Virus record (IMG/VR): IMGVR_UViG_3300033463_000092
Source of the DNA: an uncultured virus (IMG/VR IMGVR_UViG_3300033463_000092)
Lineage: Duplodnaviria; Heunggongvirae; Uroviricota; Caudoviricetes
Direction: 5' to 3' (one strand)
Length of the DNA: 64,000 bases
The position numbers and the translations under genes were made by a program. Each line of letters begins with the position of its first letter. The stretch's first letter is position 1. Below the pieces are notes generated by a model that ran no database searches, was not told the DNA's origin, and saw only the letters and a list, made by a program, of their open reading frames with translations. Positions 39,625 to 49,243 of the stretch are shown one piece after another.

Positions 39625-39990
39625 ATGAAGATCATTGCCAAAATTTATGAATACTCCTTTGAAGATAATTACACCGAAGGAGAAGTGGATGGAAGGTCCA
39701 ATTATGTTGAAATTGAGCGAAGGACTTATTCTTCCATTGAAGAGGCTATCAATGATTTCAAAAAGCGGTATGAAGATTCAAAATACGGTGTTGAATTTGT
39801 TGGAGACAATCTGATTGTTGCTCCGAAAGGAATGAAGAAGGGCGGAGAATACGGTTGGAATGATCCTACTGAGAAAGAAATTGAAGCATGGAAAGCCGGA
39901 AAGATCAACCTCTGGGATGTGGAAACTCAGCTCAAGCTCTTCAAAGAGGAAGAGGTCTCTGATGATGAACTTGAAAAATTCTTCAAATGA
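39625..39990 (+). CDS. Hypothetical protein (paralog of 34360..34740)
   Basis: Promoter and SD. Confidence 0.8.
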   Translation: MKIIAKIYEYSFEDNYTEGEVDGRSNYVEIERRTYSSIEEAINDFKKRYEDSKYGVEFVGDNLIVAPKGMKKGGEYGWNDPTEKEIEAWKAGKINLWDVETQLKLFKEEEVSDDELEKFFK

Positions 39991-40044
39991 AGTTTACTTT
40001 TTTAAAACTGATGTTATATTTTAATATCAATCAAATGAAGGAGA

Positions 40045-40446
40045 ATGAAAATGAATTTTGAAATCGGAGATGTCGTTAAAACTAAAGGTGGGAATCTCGG
40101 AATTTTTGCGGGCTTGAATGCAAAAGGGGATGCAATGATTAAGATTGCATATGTCCGTCCTGGCGAGGGCCTTAGATTCATTCACAATAAGGGGAAGGTT
40201 GAAAACCTCACATTGATGGAAAATCCTTCCTGTGTAGGATGTGTCTATAATCGTTATATTAGCTATTATGAGGCTTCCTATGGGAAATATCAGCCGATCA
40301 CTGATTACAGCAACATTGATATGTCAAAGCTTGGTCAAGGATGTCCGAAGGTTGCGAATGAATTCAGAAAAAGGTATGCAAAGTTTTTTACAGCTGATGG
40401 ACATTTTGATGAAAAACTTGTTCAGTGTCCAGAAAAGAAAGATTAA
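40045..40446 (+). CDS. Hypothetical protein
   Basis: Promoter and SD. Confidence 0.75.
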   Translation: MKMNFEIGDVVKTKGGNLGIFAGLNAKGDAMIKIAYVRPGEGLRFIHNKGKVENLTLMENPSCVGCVYNRYISYYEASYGKYQPITDYSNIDMSKLGQGCPKVANEFRKRYAKFFTADGHFDEKLVQCPEKKD

Positions 40447-40510
40447 CGGTTTACTTTTTCAGTCAGCCTGTTATATTTCAATATCACCACCAAACAAAAG
40501 GAGAATAAAA

Positions 40511-40795
40511 ATGAGTCAGTATACCCGTCTTGCTTCCAATGATGAACAGGAAAAAGTGATTGCCACCATCGAACGTTGGGCAAAGAAGATCGGAAAGCCG
40601 ATCTGCGGAGCGGATCTCATCGGTAAGTATCATGATTGTGTGATTCTTGATCTCACCTATCAGGGCTGTGAAATTTACGTTCATGCCAATGGGTGGGAAG
40701 ATACCGAACATGGATATCCCGGTGTTACCTGCAAGAATGTCCATATCCAGGGTCCTGATTGTTTCGAAACATTCAAGACTGCCGCCTTGAGTTAA
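40511..40795 (+). CDS. Hypothetical protein
   Basis: Promoter and AAGGAG SD; start revised. Confidence 0.75.
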   Translation: MSQYTRLASNDEQEKVIATIERWAKKIGKPICGADLIGKYHDCVILDLTYQGCEIYVHANGWEDTEHGYPGVTCKNVHIQGPDCFETFKTAALS

Positions 40796-40832
40796 TCGGT
40801 TTACTTTTAAAGAAAGGGTGTTATATTAAAAT

Positions 40833-41178
40833 ATAAACGAAAGGAACCAACCACTGATCAAAAGGTCTGCAGTTCGGTAAGGAAGACGTATTGAAGGTGG
40901 TGGTGTTTCCTGGAGTTAGAAACAAGTCTCGTTGAACCTTCAGAGTAGTACGTCCGCGGCGTCGGTAAGGTTCATGGAGCCAGGGATCATTATCGGAAGT
41001 AATGTGTTCTGGTATGCCAAATGTGGTAGAGCAGCCGAGTTTAAACTCGTTCGAGTTCGGTGCGTTGGAGGTTCGACTCCTCCTCAGAACATGGAAGTCT
41101 TCGGCCAAAGCTCCTTCCCTTCTGTGATATGGCCCTGAAATGGAAGTTCCGGTATTGGCCTATCGGAACTTCTTTTTT
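40833..41178 (+). ncRNA. Structured RNA containing a degenerate tRNA-like domain (41006..41091)
   Basis: Own promoter and terminator (41143..41178); GTTCTGG/TCAGAAC acceptor and GGAGG-TTCGACT-CCTCC T arm; non-canonical anticodon loop. Confidence 0.55.
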
Positions 41179-41221
41179 TGTTTATTTTCTCAAGAAAGAT
41201 GTTATATTATAAATAGAAGAT

Positions 41222-41293
41222 GGTTTGTTAGTTCATCGGCTAGAACAGCTGGTTGTCGCCCAGCAAAGAGGAGTTCGATTCTCCTACAGACCG
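41222..41293 (+). tRNA. tRNA-Asp(GTC), CCA not encoded
   Basis: GCTGG-TT GTC GC-CCAGC cloverleaf. Confidence 0.9.
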
Positions 41294-41301
41294 AATTTTA
41301 T

Positions 41302-41376
41302 CGCGGGATAGAGCAGCGGTAGCTCGGCATGCTCATAACTTGCAGGTCGGTGGTTCGACTCCACCTCCCGCTACCA
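41302..41376 (+). tRNA. tRNA-Met(CAT), initiator-like
   Basis: C1.U72 mismatch, GAGC/GCTC D stem, GCATG-CT CAT AA-CTTGC, CCA. Confidence 0.9.
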
Positions 41377-41382
41377 TTTTAT

Positions 41383-41457
41383 GCGGGTGTAGCATAGTGG
41401 CTCATGTCCTGGCCCTCCAAGCCAGTTACGCCGGTTCGATTCCGGTCACCCGCTCCA
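41383..41457 (+). tRNA. tRNA-Gly(TCC) with C33
   Basis: CTGGC-CC TCC AA-GCCAG; U73 and CCA. Confidence 0.9.
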
Positions 41458-41671
41458 TTTTTTGAATTGAGTGAAGCATATCAAATAAATAATTCTAGAA
41501 AAGAATTTTCAATTTTTATGCTATACACCAAGAAGCTCCGTCTTTACCAATTTTACCTTTGTGTGATCATGGCAATTCTAACAATCTTGACCATGATCAC
41601 TATTGCTTCATGCATTTAATTTCAATCATTTTTTATTATATTTTGAATAACTAATTGAAAGGCAAAACAAA

Positions 41672-41896
41672 ATGGATCCTGTTTCAGATTTAGCTATTAG
41701 TTTGTCATGTGAAGTGGAAAAGCTAAAAAGTATGTTAGAAAGAGAACGAAAGTTTGTAAGAAATTATTCTTTCTTTGTTGTCATTTTTTTAATTGTTCTA
41801 TGCTTTACTATAGGATTTCGTTATGGAACTAGATACGGGTACAATAAAGCCATCAATGATTATTCTCAGGGAATATTGAAGATAGATCAAAAATAA
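41672..41896 (+). CDS. Small membrane protein (similar to 37298..37483)
   Basis: One TM segment followed by GYxxAxxDxxxGxLK. Confidence 0.65.
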   Translation: MDPVSDLAISLSCEVEKLKSMLERERKFVRNYSFFVVIFLIVLCFTIGFRYGTRYGYNKAINDYSQGILKIDQK

Positions 41897-42297
41897 TTCT
41901 GTTTACTTTTTGAATTCCATTGTTATATTATAAAAAGGAGGATTAGAACATGATTTACCAATTTCCTAATGGAGATGTTTATCGAATCAGAAAATCCATT
42001 TCATCTCCTGGAGCAGTTCTTGAAAAAATTGATTCTATAGGTGGATATCCTGAATGGGTTATAGAATGTGAAAGCTATAAAGATGCAAAAATCATGTTGT
42101 GTGACCTTCTTGGTTATTCCACTTTTGCTTTATGGAAGTTGGAACAGTTTCAAAAGAGATGAAGTTAACTTCAAGTCTACAACTTCGACTTCACTTCAGC
42201 TAAAACAGAGTTGACTACTTAGTAGACTAAAGTGAAGATCGGTTTACTTTTTCAGTCAGTCTGTTATATTTTAATATACAAAAAACAACAAGAAAGG

Positions 42298-42711
42298 ATG
42301 AAACTTATGATTTCCCCGAACTTCAACATTCGCCCTGTCAAAGACGTGTTCAAGGAAGTTCTTCCGAAATGCTATGATATGCTCAGCATTGACTATGATG
42401 ATCAGATCATCGAAAGGAATGCCGAAAATCTTTGGTCCGAATATGGCAATGACATCATGGAATGGATGGAAGGTTTCTTCGGCATTTTTTATTGGGATGA
42501 GGAATACAGTGTGGCAATGACTGTCATGGAAAATTACATTGCCATGTTGGAATCTCAGAATAAGAGGGGAAATCACATTGAGATCAGTGTGGAAGATTGG
42601 TGGGCTGAACTGATTCAGGAAGCCATGATGGCCAATGCTGAAAACCTCTTTGATGCCGAAGGACCGTTGAACTTCTACGGTGAACCTCTTTTTGATAAGG
42701 AGGAAAACTGA
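42298..42711 (+). CDS. Acidic hypothetical protein
   Basis: Promoter; TGATG coupling to the next gene; exact start uncertain. Confidence 0.7.
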   Translation: MKLMISPNFNIRPVKDVFKEVLPKCYDMLSIDYDDQIIERNAENLWSEYGNDIMEWMEGFFGIFYWDEEYSVAMTVMENYIAMLESQNKRGNHIEISVEDWWAELIQEAMMANAENLFDAEGPLNFYGEPLFDKEEN

Positions 42712-43016
42712 TGAAAGATCTGCTTTGCAAATTCAAAGGCTACGAGGTAGAAGGAATTGCTTGGATCCTTTGTTGGGGAGGTCAGGAAGGCCATATCCGC
42801 ATGGATAAGAGATTCATTGAGTCTGAAAAAGATATCAATAAGGCGATCAATGATGCCGGTTTTGGCTGCCAACGAATCATGTATGCATGGGTCCATGTTT
42901 ATGCAATCTTCGATCATGAAGCTCGTCTGTTTCTCTACGATAAGTATGTCAATCTTTTGAATCCTGATGAAGAAGTTCCAGCCGAATGCAAAGAAAATAT
43001 GGAACGCTTTTATTGA
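42711..43016 (+). CDS. Hypothetical protein
   Basis: AAGGAGG SD. Confidence 0.75.
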   Translation: MKDLLCKFKGYEVEGIAWILCWGGQEGHIRMDKRFIESEKDINKAINDAGFGCQRIMYAWVHVYAIFDHEARLFLYDKYVNLLNPDEEVPAECKENMERFY

Positions 43017-43083
43017 GGTTTACTTTTTCAGTCAGCCTGTTATATTTTAATATACAACAACCACCAACGAAAGGAACTCCACA

Positions 43084-43383
43084 ATGAAGAAAGAATACAC
43101 CAACCCTCTGTTTCAGAACTGCAAAATTTCTCAGATCTACGTCGGCAAGGATCATTATTGCCGCTGTGGCTGCGGCGGGGAGTATTATGGTTTCAATCCC
43201 AACTCTCCGTTCATCCGTAGGACTCTCACTCGTGCGTACAACACTTACAAGAAGGATCCCTCCAGCTGTGAGATCTTCAACGGCGACGGAACTCAGGAGA
43301 GTTGGATCAACATTCCCACCTCCCTCATCGGTCCCGGTCGTTGCATCTGCGTTTATTTCAAAGGCGAACTGATGACCAAGTAA
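43084..43383 (+). CDS. Hypothetical protein with CRCGC motif
   Basis: Promoter and SD. Confidence 0.75.
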   Translation: MKKEYTNPLFQNCKISQIYVGKDHYCRCGCGGEYYGFNPNSPFIRRTLTRAYNTYKKDPSSCEIFNGDGTQESWINIPTSLIGPGRCICVYFKGELMTK

Positions 43384-43680
43384 AGAAAGGGGAAGTTCAA
43401 ATGGAAAAAAGAGATTTCATTTATAAGTATCTGTCTTGGGTCGATGATCCTTCCATTCTTTTGATTACAAGTGCAATATTCTTTATTCTTTTTTTCGGGG
43501 GTATATCCATTCTTCCTAATAAGGATAAAATCAATATGAATAAAGAAAAAAGTTATATGAATGTCAAAGGGAATTTGATCGTAAATATTGAAAAGAAATG
43601 ACCAAGTAATTCAGTTTACTTTTTCAGTCAGTCTGTTATATTTCAATATACAACAACTCCAAAAGAAAAGGAATTCTCAA

Positions 43681-44016
43681 ATGGAAAAAGCTCGCGAAAA
43701 AACCAACGAATCTGTCAGGGAAGCCGTCAAGGTTGTTCTCTTTGTGGTCACCAATGTGGACATCGGACAGAACTCGGACTTCGCTCCCCACTGTCTCGGA
43801 ATCTTCCCCACTTACGAAGCTGCCAAGACCTTCGTCAAGGAGGATATCTTTGATTTCAAGGATGATCTCTACAACAACTTCGGAGAAGAGCCGGATACGG
43901 ATTACGAAAAATTTGTCTGTCAGACGGTCGATGGTATGTACGGCTCTCAGTGGTCCATCGATGAGGTCGAAATGGACCCCATCATTCCCGGTCGCGGATA
44001 TCCCAAGGAATTCTAA
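43681..44016 (+). CDS. Hypothetical protein
   Basis: Promoter and SD; start revised. Confidence 0.75.
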   Translation: MEKAREKTNESVREAVKVVLFVVTNVDIGQNSDFAPHCLGIFPTYEAAKTFVKEDIFDFKDDLYNNFGEEPDTDYEKFVCQTVDGMYGSQWSIDEVEMDPIIPGRGYPKEF

Positions 44017-44095
44017 TTCTTGGTTTACTTTTCAGAAGATTAAGTTATAATTTAATAACCCCACAAACAAAAAACAAAAACAAGGAGAAAAAACA

Positions 44096-44476
44096 ATGAA
44101 GACTCTCACCATCAACTTCGAAAACGTCGCTCGTGAAACCCTCACCGTCAAGTCCGAATGTGCTATGTGGAATGCTCTGCGGAAGGTCCGCGATGAGCTG
44201 ACCGATGCCGATCTTGAGGCTAAGGCTCGTGTCCTGGTCACCGATGCCGACGGCAATCTGTTCAAGGACATCACCTTCAAGCGGAATGCCAAGGGCAAGA
44301 TCGAGATGCCCAATGCCGTGAAGGAGACCAACCGGGTCCGCACCAAGAAGACCGCTCTCGCTGCGGAGGCTGCTGAGGAAGCCGTTGCTCCCAGTGGTGC
44401 CACCGAGGCTGAAATGTCCAATGTCCTCGCGGATGCTCAGAATCTCGCTGAGGTGAGTGAAGCCGCCGGCGAGTAA
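44096..44476 (+). CDS. Hypothetical protein (KSExAMWN...FxxNxKGKIE family)
   Basis: Paralogs at 47248, 48284, 60769 and 62926. Confidence 0.8.
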   Translation: MKTLTINFENVARETLTVKSECAMWNALRKVRDELTDADLEAKARVLVTDADGNLFKDITFKRNAKGKIEMPNAVKETNRVRTKKTALAAEAAEEAVAPSGATEAEMSNVLADAQNLAEVSEAAGE

Positions 44477-44521
44477 GCCAAATAAAGGATGGAGATGGAA
44501 CCTCCATCCTCTTCCTAAGAT

Positions 44522-44633
44522 TGGCTTCGGCCTTCAGATGGTTGAATAGGGATTGTTGTTGGCCTGAATGATTTAAGATCCGTTACCTCCTTTCAATCTT
44601 AGATCAGCTTCAACCATCTGAAGGCCGAAGCCA
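44522..44633 (+). ncRNA. 3'-UTR structured RNA motif, copy C, closed by a perfect 25-bp inverted repeat
   Basis: 44522..44546 and 44609..44633 are exact reverse complements; they enclose TAGG-GATTGTTGTTGG-CCTG and a hairpin with loop containing CCTCCTTTC. Confidence 0.65.
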
Positions 44634-44756
44634 CTTTACAAACTTTACAGTAGCTGAAACAGAAATGAAGTCAATGCAGTCTATGCGGACTTTGAATATT
44701 CAACTTTAAGTTCAAATTTTCAACTTTAAGTTCAAAACATATAAGGAGAAAATAAA

Positions 44757-45032
44757 ATGAATCCAACTGAAGTTCCTTTTTCAATCAATGAAAATTTTGA
44801 TCCTCTTAAGCAGTCACCTGAATTTCGTTACCGTCTTTTGGATCGTCTTCGTTCAGACTGCGAATACTTTTTTGGAAACGGTCATCGAAATGTCAAATAC
44901 CTTTGGGGACAAGATCCTCGTACTCACATCTCTTTGATGAGGAAGCTCTATTCTTCTTTTGATATTACTGAAAGACCTGAATGGATTGATCTTGATCTCA
45001 TTTCAGAATATGAAAATCGTTTCCTTGACTGA
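44757..45032 (+). CDS. LPD11-like domain protein
   Basis: YRLLDRLRSDCEYF...LWG...HISLMRKLY...PEWI. Confidence 0.75.
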   Translation: MNPTEVPFSINENFDPLKQSPEFRYRLLDRLRSDCEYFFGNGHRNVKYLWGQDPRTHISLMRKLYSSFDITERPEWIDLDLISEYENRFLD

Positions 45033-45095
45033 GTTTACTTTTTAGTCATTCCTGTTATATTTTAATATCACCACCAAATAAAAGGAGAATATATT

Positions 45096-45314
45096 ATGGA
45101 ATTCAGAATCAACGACTACATTTATCAGGAAATGATCAACCGTACCACGCTTCATGAAAACGGCCTTGCTGAAATTCGTGCAAAATCCGGCGAACGTATT
45201 ATTATCTACTGTGGAAAGAACATCAAAGATTTTCCTGCAAAACTTTGTCATCTGGCTTATGATTTTTTTGAGCAGATCTATGATGAGATCTTTGACGAAC
45301 TTCATCCCTATTAA
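45096..45314 (+). CDS. Hypothetical protein ending IFDELHPY
   Basis: Promoter and SD. Confidence 0.7.
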   Translation: MEFRINDYIYQEMINRTTLHENGLAEIRAKSGERIIIYCGKNIKDFPAKLCHLAYDFFEQIYDEIFDELHPY

Positions 45315-45647
45315 GTTACATTCAAAGGAGATAAAGCTATGCTTAACAAAGACACTTTGGAACCCGGTCAGCCGTTTTACTACATTTTGAATGGAATTCA
45401 GGAATGGGAAAAGTGCAATTACGAAATTGCAAAGTTCTATTGGAATCCGAGATGTGGTGATCTCTTTGATGATCGGAAAATGTTCATCACCTTTGAGGAA
45501 GCTCTCTCAAAAGTGAAAGGTCTTCAGTCGGTTCATTAAACCGCCTTATTAGAATATAACATTGACCATGAAAAAGTAAACCAAAAATCAAAGACAATTC
45601 AAAGAAAAATGCATATTTTTTCACTTGGTCAAAACATGGGCTTGGTG

Positions 45648-45745
45648 CACTTTTCCCCGCCCCTCTGGGACAGACAGGATTAAAAGGTCCTCCTTGTAAC
45701 CTCTGGTTGATATTAAAATATAACATAAATGACAAAAAAGTAAAC
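45648..45745 (-). repeat. Promoter-driven hairpin/G-tract element, copy 4
   Basis: Same core; distal end diverged. Confidence 0.88.
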
Positions 45746-45780
45746 CCGGATTACTTCGGGTTTTTCTCTTTTTCTGAGGT

Positions 45781-46179
45781 TTAGAAGGAGGGATCGCGGT
45801 ATTCGTCGCGGCAGTTGAAGGCGAGGTTGATAGGCTCTCCGTGCTTCTTCGCATCATAGTCGATCCAATTGCTGGGGAGATGAGCTCTCCACTTGCCACG
45901 GAACCACCGAACGTACCGAGTGTAGTCCTTGTGGAGGAGAGGCTGTCCGTTCTCGTCGGTGTAGCGATAGGTCTCATCTCCGTATCCCTTACCGATGTTG
46001 ACTGCAGCATAACGGGCCATGGTGAAGCCTTTGTGGTCGGGGTCCACTTCGATGATCCGCCAAGCACTGCGGTCGGTCCAGTGGAGCTCGGTAACATCCA
46101 TGCCGACTTTCGGCTCCGTGAATCCGGGATTGTTCATCATCCAGTTGGTTAGGGAGCCTGTGTCTTTCATGAGCTTCAT
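45781..46179 (-). CDS. Hypothetical protein ending YRDPSF (paralog of 46455..46823)
   Basis: GAAAGGA SD and own promoter. Confidence 0.8.
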   Translation of the reverse strand: MKLMKDTGSLTNWMMNNPGFTEPKVGMDVTELHWTDRSAWRIIEVDPDHKGFTMARYAAVNIGKGYGDETYRYTDENGQPLLHKDYTRYVRWFRGKWRAHLPSNWIDYDAKKHGEPINLAFNCRDEYRDPSF

Positions 46180-46269
46180 TAGCAATCCTTTCTTTTTGAT
46201 TGGTGGTTTGTATTATAGTATAACAGAAAACTTGAGTTTGTAAACCGAGCAAAGCTAAAAAACTTTGAT

Positions 46270-46376
46270 CGCTATGAACACTTTTCCCCGCCCCTCTGGG
46301 ACAGACAGGATTAAAAGGTCCTCCTTGTAACCTCTGGTTGATATTTTAATATAACAGAGATCAGTGCTTTGTAAAC
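46270..46376 (-). repeat. Promoter-driven hairpin/G-tract element, copy 5
   Basis: Core identical to copy 4. Confidence 0.9.
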
Positions 46377-46454
46377 TAAAGTAACGATCGGTTTACTTTT
46401 TCAGTCAGCCTGTTATATTTCAATATCACCACCAAATAAAAGGAGATCATCACC

Positions 46455-46823
46455 ATGAAAAACGCCATCACCCCCGCCTTCCTGAAGAAGCATCCCAACT
46501 TCACCGTTCCCCAGGTCGGGATGGACTTCACCGTCTCTTATGGCTCCGATTGCTACGCTTGGCGAATTGTCAAGGTAGACGAGGATTGCAAAGGCTTCTT
46601 TGCTCAGGCCTATCGGCCTATCAACAAAGCGGTTTGGCCGGTTCAGGATTGGCAGTTCGAGGACGAGAACGGCAATCCCCGCCTTTGTGGAGAACCGATT
46701 CACTGCAAATACTTTTATGGCCATTGGATCAAGGACCAAGATAGTCGGTATTTCGGAGAAGTTCGGGAACGGATCAATCCCCACTTCGGCAGCCGCTGCT
46801 ACTATCAGGACCCCTCCTTCTAA
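46455..46823 (+). CDS. Hypothetical protein ending YQDPSF
   Basis: Promoter and SD; shares PxVGMD and AWRI with 45781..46179. Confidence 0.8.
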   Translation: MKNAITPAFLKKHPNFTVPQVGMDFTVSYGSDCYAWRIVKVDEDCKGFFAQAYRPINKAVWPVQDWQFEDENGNPRLCGEPIHCKYFYGHWIKDQDSRYFGEVRERINPHFGSRCYYQDPSF

Positions 46824-46918
46824 ACCTCGGAAAAAAAGAAAAACCCGGAGCAATCCGGGTTTACTTTTCGGTCATTCCTGTTATATTTCAATACAACCAA
46901 ACGAAAGGACCACCTACC

Positions 46919-47185
46919 ATGAGAATCGTCGTCGTAAAAGAATCCTCCAATTCAGGTCGTGAAATTTTCGGTCAGTTCAAAACTATCGCCGATGCTCAAG
47001 CCTTCATCAAAGCCTCCGCCGAAGAGACCAAAGAGATGTACAAACATTCCGACCCTACCATCATGGAGTCCTGGGAACACGCCGACACGGTTCTGGAACT
47101 GTTCATCCACGATCGGTTCGAATCCACGGACCACAAGTTTTCTTGGACCATCGAAAATCTGATGAAACCTCAGTTTACTTTTTGA
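46919..47185 (+). CDS. Hypothetical protein (FGxFKT family)
   Basis: Promoter and SD; last codons FTF come from the next promoter. Confidence 0.75.
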   Translation: MRIVVVKESSNSGREIFGQFKTIADAQAFIKASAEETKEMYKHSDPTIMESWEHADTVLELFIHDRFESTDHKFSWTIENLMKPQFTF

Positions 47186-47247
47186 ATCCAGGTGTTATAT
47201 TATAATATCAAAACCACCACAACAACCAATCTGAAAGGAAACACACC

Positions 47248-47667
47248 ATGAAGAAACTCACCATCAAGTTTGCCGACACCACCACCGAAGCCCGTTCCGA
47301 AGCCAATATGTGGACCATCCTCCGCGGCTTCAGGGACAAACTCGCCACTCTCGTCGCCGATGACGAAGGTCCCGGAACCGAATGCCCCGACCACGCCCTG
47401 GTCACCGATGAGGAAGGGAACCTCTTCAAAGAGATCGTCTTCCGCCTCAACAGCCATCGCAAAATTGAAATGGTCAATCTTGTGAAGGCTACCTGCCGCA
47501 GGGCGGTCGAAAAGGCCCGGAAAGCCGCCAAGGAAGCCGCCGAAAAGTTGGCCGCCAAGAAAGCCCGTAAGGCCGAGGCCAACCGTCGGTACCGTGAACG
47601 GAAGAAGGCTGCCGCGTCCGCCGCGGCTGTAGTTCCGACCGAAGAGGCTGCTCCGACCGAAGCCTAA
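47248..47667 (+). CDS. Hypothetical protein with Ala/Lys-rich tail (family of 44096)
   Basis: 3' half nearly identical to 60769..61200. Confidence 0.8.
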   Translation: MKKLTIKFADTTTEARSEANMWTILRGFRDKLATLVADDEGPGTECPDHALVTDEEGNLFKEIVFRLNSHRKIEMVNLVKATCRRAVEKARKAAKEAAEKLAAKKARKAEANRRYRERKKAAASAAAVVPTEEAAPTEA

Positions 47668-48283
47668 TGCCCAACATCACCGAGGACCGGACTGCGGAAT
47701 CCCGGTTTACTTTCCGGGATTCTTGGTTATAATATAATATCCGCTACCACTCCAACCAACAGAAAGGAATCTTCAGCATGAAGAAGTATCGCATCGCCGC
47801 CTACGAACGGTCCTACGGCCGCACTCGGGTCTATTCCGAGATCGTGGAAGCTCCTAATCCCGCCGCCGCCCGTGCCATCTTCGAACAGCGGAATCGGAGG
47901 TCCTGGATCACCCACATCACCGAGCTCTAATCAGCTTTTCGGTAAACCGAGAAACCGGGAGGTTTCTCGGTTTACTTTTCAGTCATTCGTGTTATATTAT
48001 AATACAATCAAAATCGAAAGGACTGCACCAATGAAGCTCTTCAACGTTATCTATACTGTCGCCGATGCCAATTACCGTACCTGCATCCTGACCGTCTATG
48101 CCAAGAACGAAACCGAGGCCGAGGCTTCTGCTCGTGTTTACCTTCAGGAGGAGCTCGGAGTCCGCAAGGGTCAGCTCACCGTAGTCTCAATTCTTCCCAC
48201 GCTCTGCTGAAAAATTGGTTTACGAATCACCAATCCCAGTTATATTATAATATCAACAACCACCAACGAAAGGACCACTCACC

Positions 48284-48658
48284 ATGATCACTCTCCTCAC
48301 CTCCCTCGTTTCCGACAACATCGGCCTCTCCGACGAAGACATCCAGGTCAAATCCGTCTCGGCGGCTTGGAATCGGATCCGTGAGATCAGGGACACCACC
48401 GATCCTCAGATCCTCAACGGAGTCGAACTTCGGATCACCCAGGACGAACCCTCGGATCGGCTTCCCAACATCATTCGATTCACCCTGAATTCCAAGGGAA
48501 AGATCGAATTCAAGGATGCGGCCAAAGTGAAAAAGACCGAGGCGGAACTCACCGGCGGGACGATCACCTTCATCAACCCCGAAACGGGAAAGACCAAAGA
48601 AGTTCAGTGTGTGGATCCTTCCACCTTTCCCAAGCCCAAGGTGGCGGAAGTTCGGTAA
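48284..48658 (+). CDS. Hypothetical protein (QVKSxSAAWN subfamily)
   Basis: Paralog of 62926..63351. Confidence 0.8.
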   Translation: MITLLTSLVSDNIGLSDEDIQVKSVSAAWNRIREIRDTTDPQILNGVELRITQDEPSDRLPNIIRFTLNSKGKIEFKDAAKVKKTEAELTGGTITFINPETGKTKEVQCVDPSTFPKPKVAEVR

Positions 48659-48958
48659 CTAACTGACTCAAAGGGAGGCTAACAACCTCCCTTTCCAAAA
48701 GGTTTACATTCCTCTCTATCCTGTTATATTATAATATCGACAACAGAAAGGAACATCTCAATGAAGCACTACACCATCACTTATTCCGCGGCCTTCGCCA
48801 TCGGCAAGTTTATCCACGGTCAGTATAAGACGGATGCTTATTCCGAGTATGATGCAATCGACAATCTCGTCGGTTTTGTGTCCTGTTTCGGACTGCTCCG
48901 CAAGCTGGATATTCAGACCGTTTTCGCCCGCTAATTCAAACTGAAAGGAACATATATC

Positions 48959-49243
48959 ATGAACGAACTTCCTCCTCCCCAATACATCATCCTTATCAAG
49001 GAAGGTGACGAAGAACTTCATCCTCTTTTCATCGGCACCCGGGAAGAATGCAAGTCCATAATGTTCGATGTCGTCCGTCCTCATCCTTCCGAGCTCATCA
49101 TGAATGTCAAGGATCTTGACTCCGACTTCGGTTGGCATTACACCTACGAAAAGCTGAAAGGCGGAAAGATGGTCAAAATGGAAATTGCTTGTTACAATCT
49201 TCCCGGAAAGACCGTTGATGAAGCCGCCTCTTGTATCTATTGA
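48959..49243 (+). CDS. Hypothetical protein
   Basis: GAAAGGA SD. Confidence 0.7.
   Translation: MNELPPPQYIILIKEGDEELHPLFIGTREECKSIMFDVVRPHPSELIMNVKDLDSDFGWHYTYEKLKGGKMVKMEIACYNLPGKTVDEAASCIY

Noticed and set aside
40868..40890. SRP RNA domain IV
   Set aside because: CAGTTCGGTAAGGAAG only loosely resembles it; the GNRA-capped helix and AGCAG partner are missing
44522..44633. MITE
   Set aside because: No target-site duplication or second copy of the arms; the interior matches the three-copy RNA motif instead
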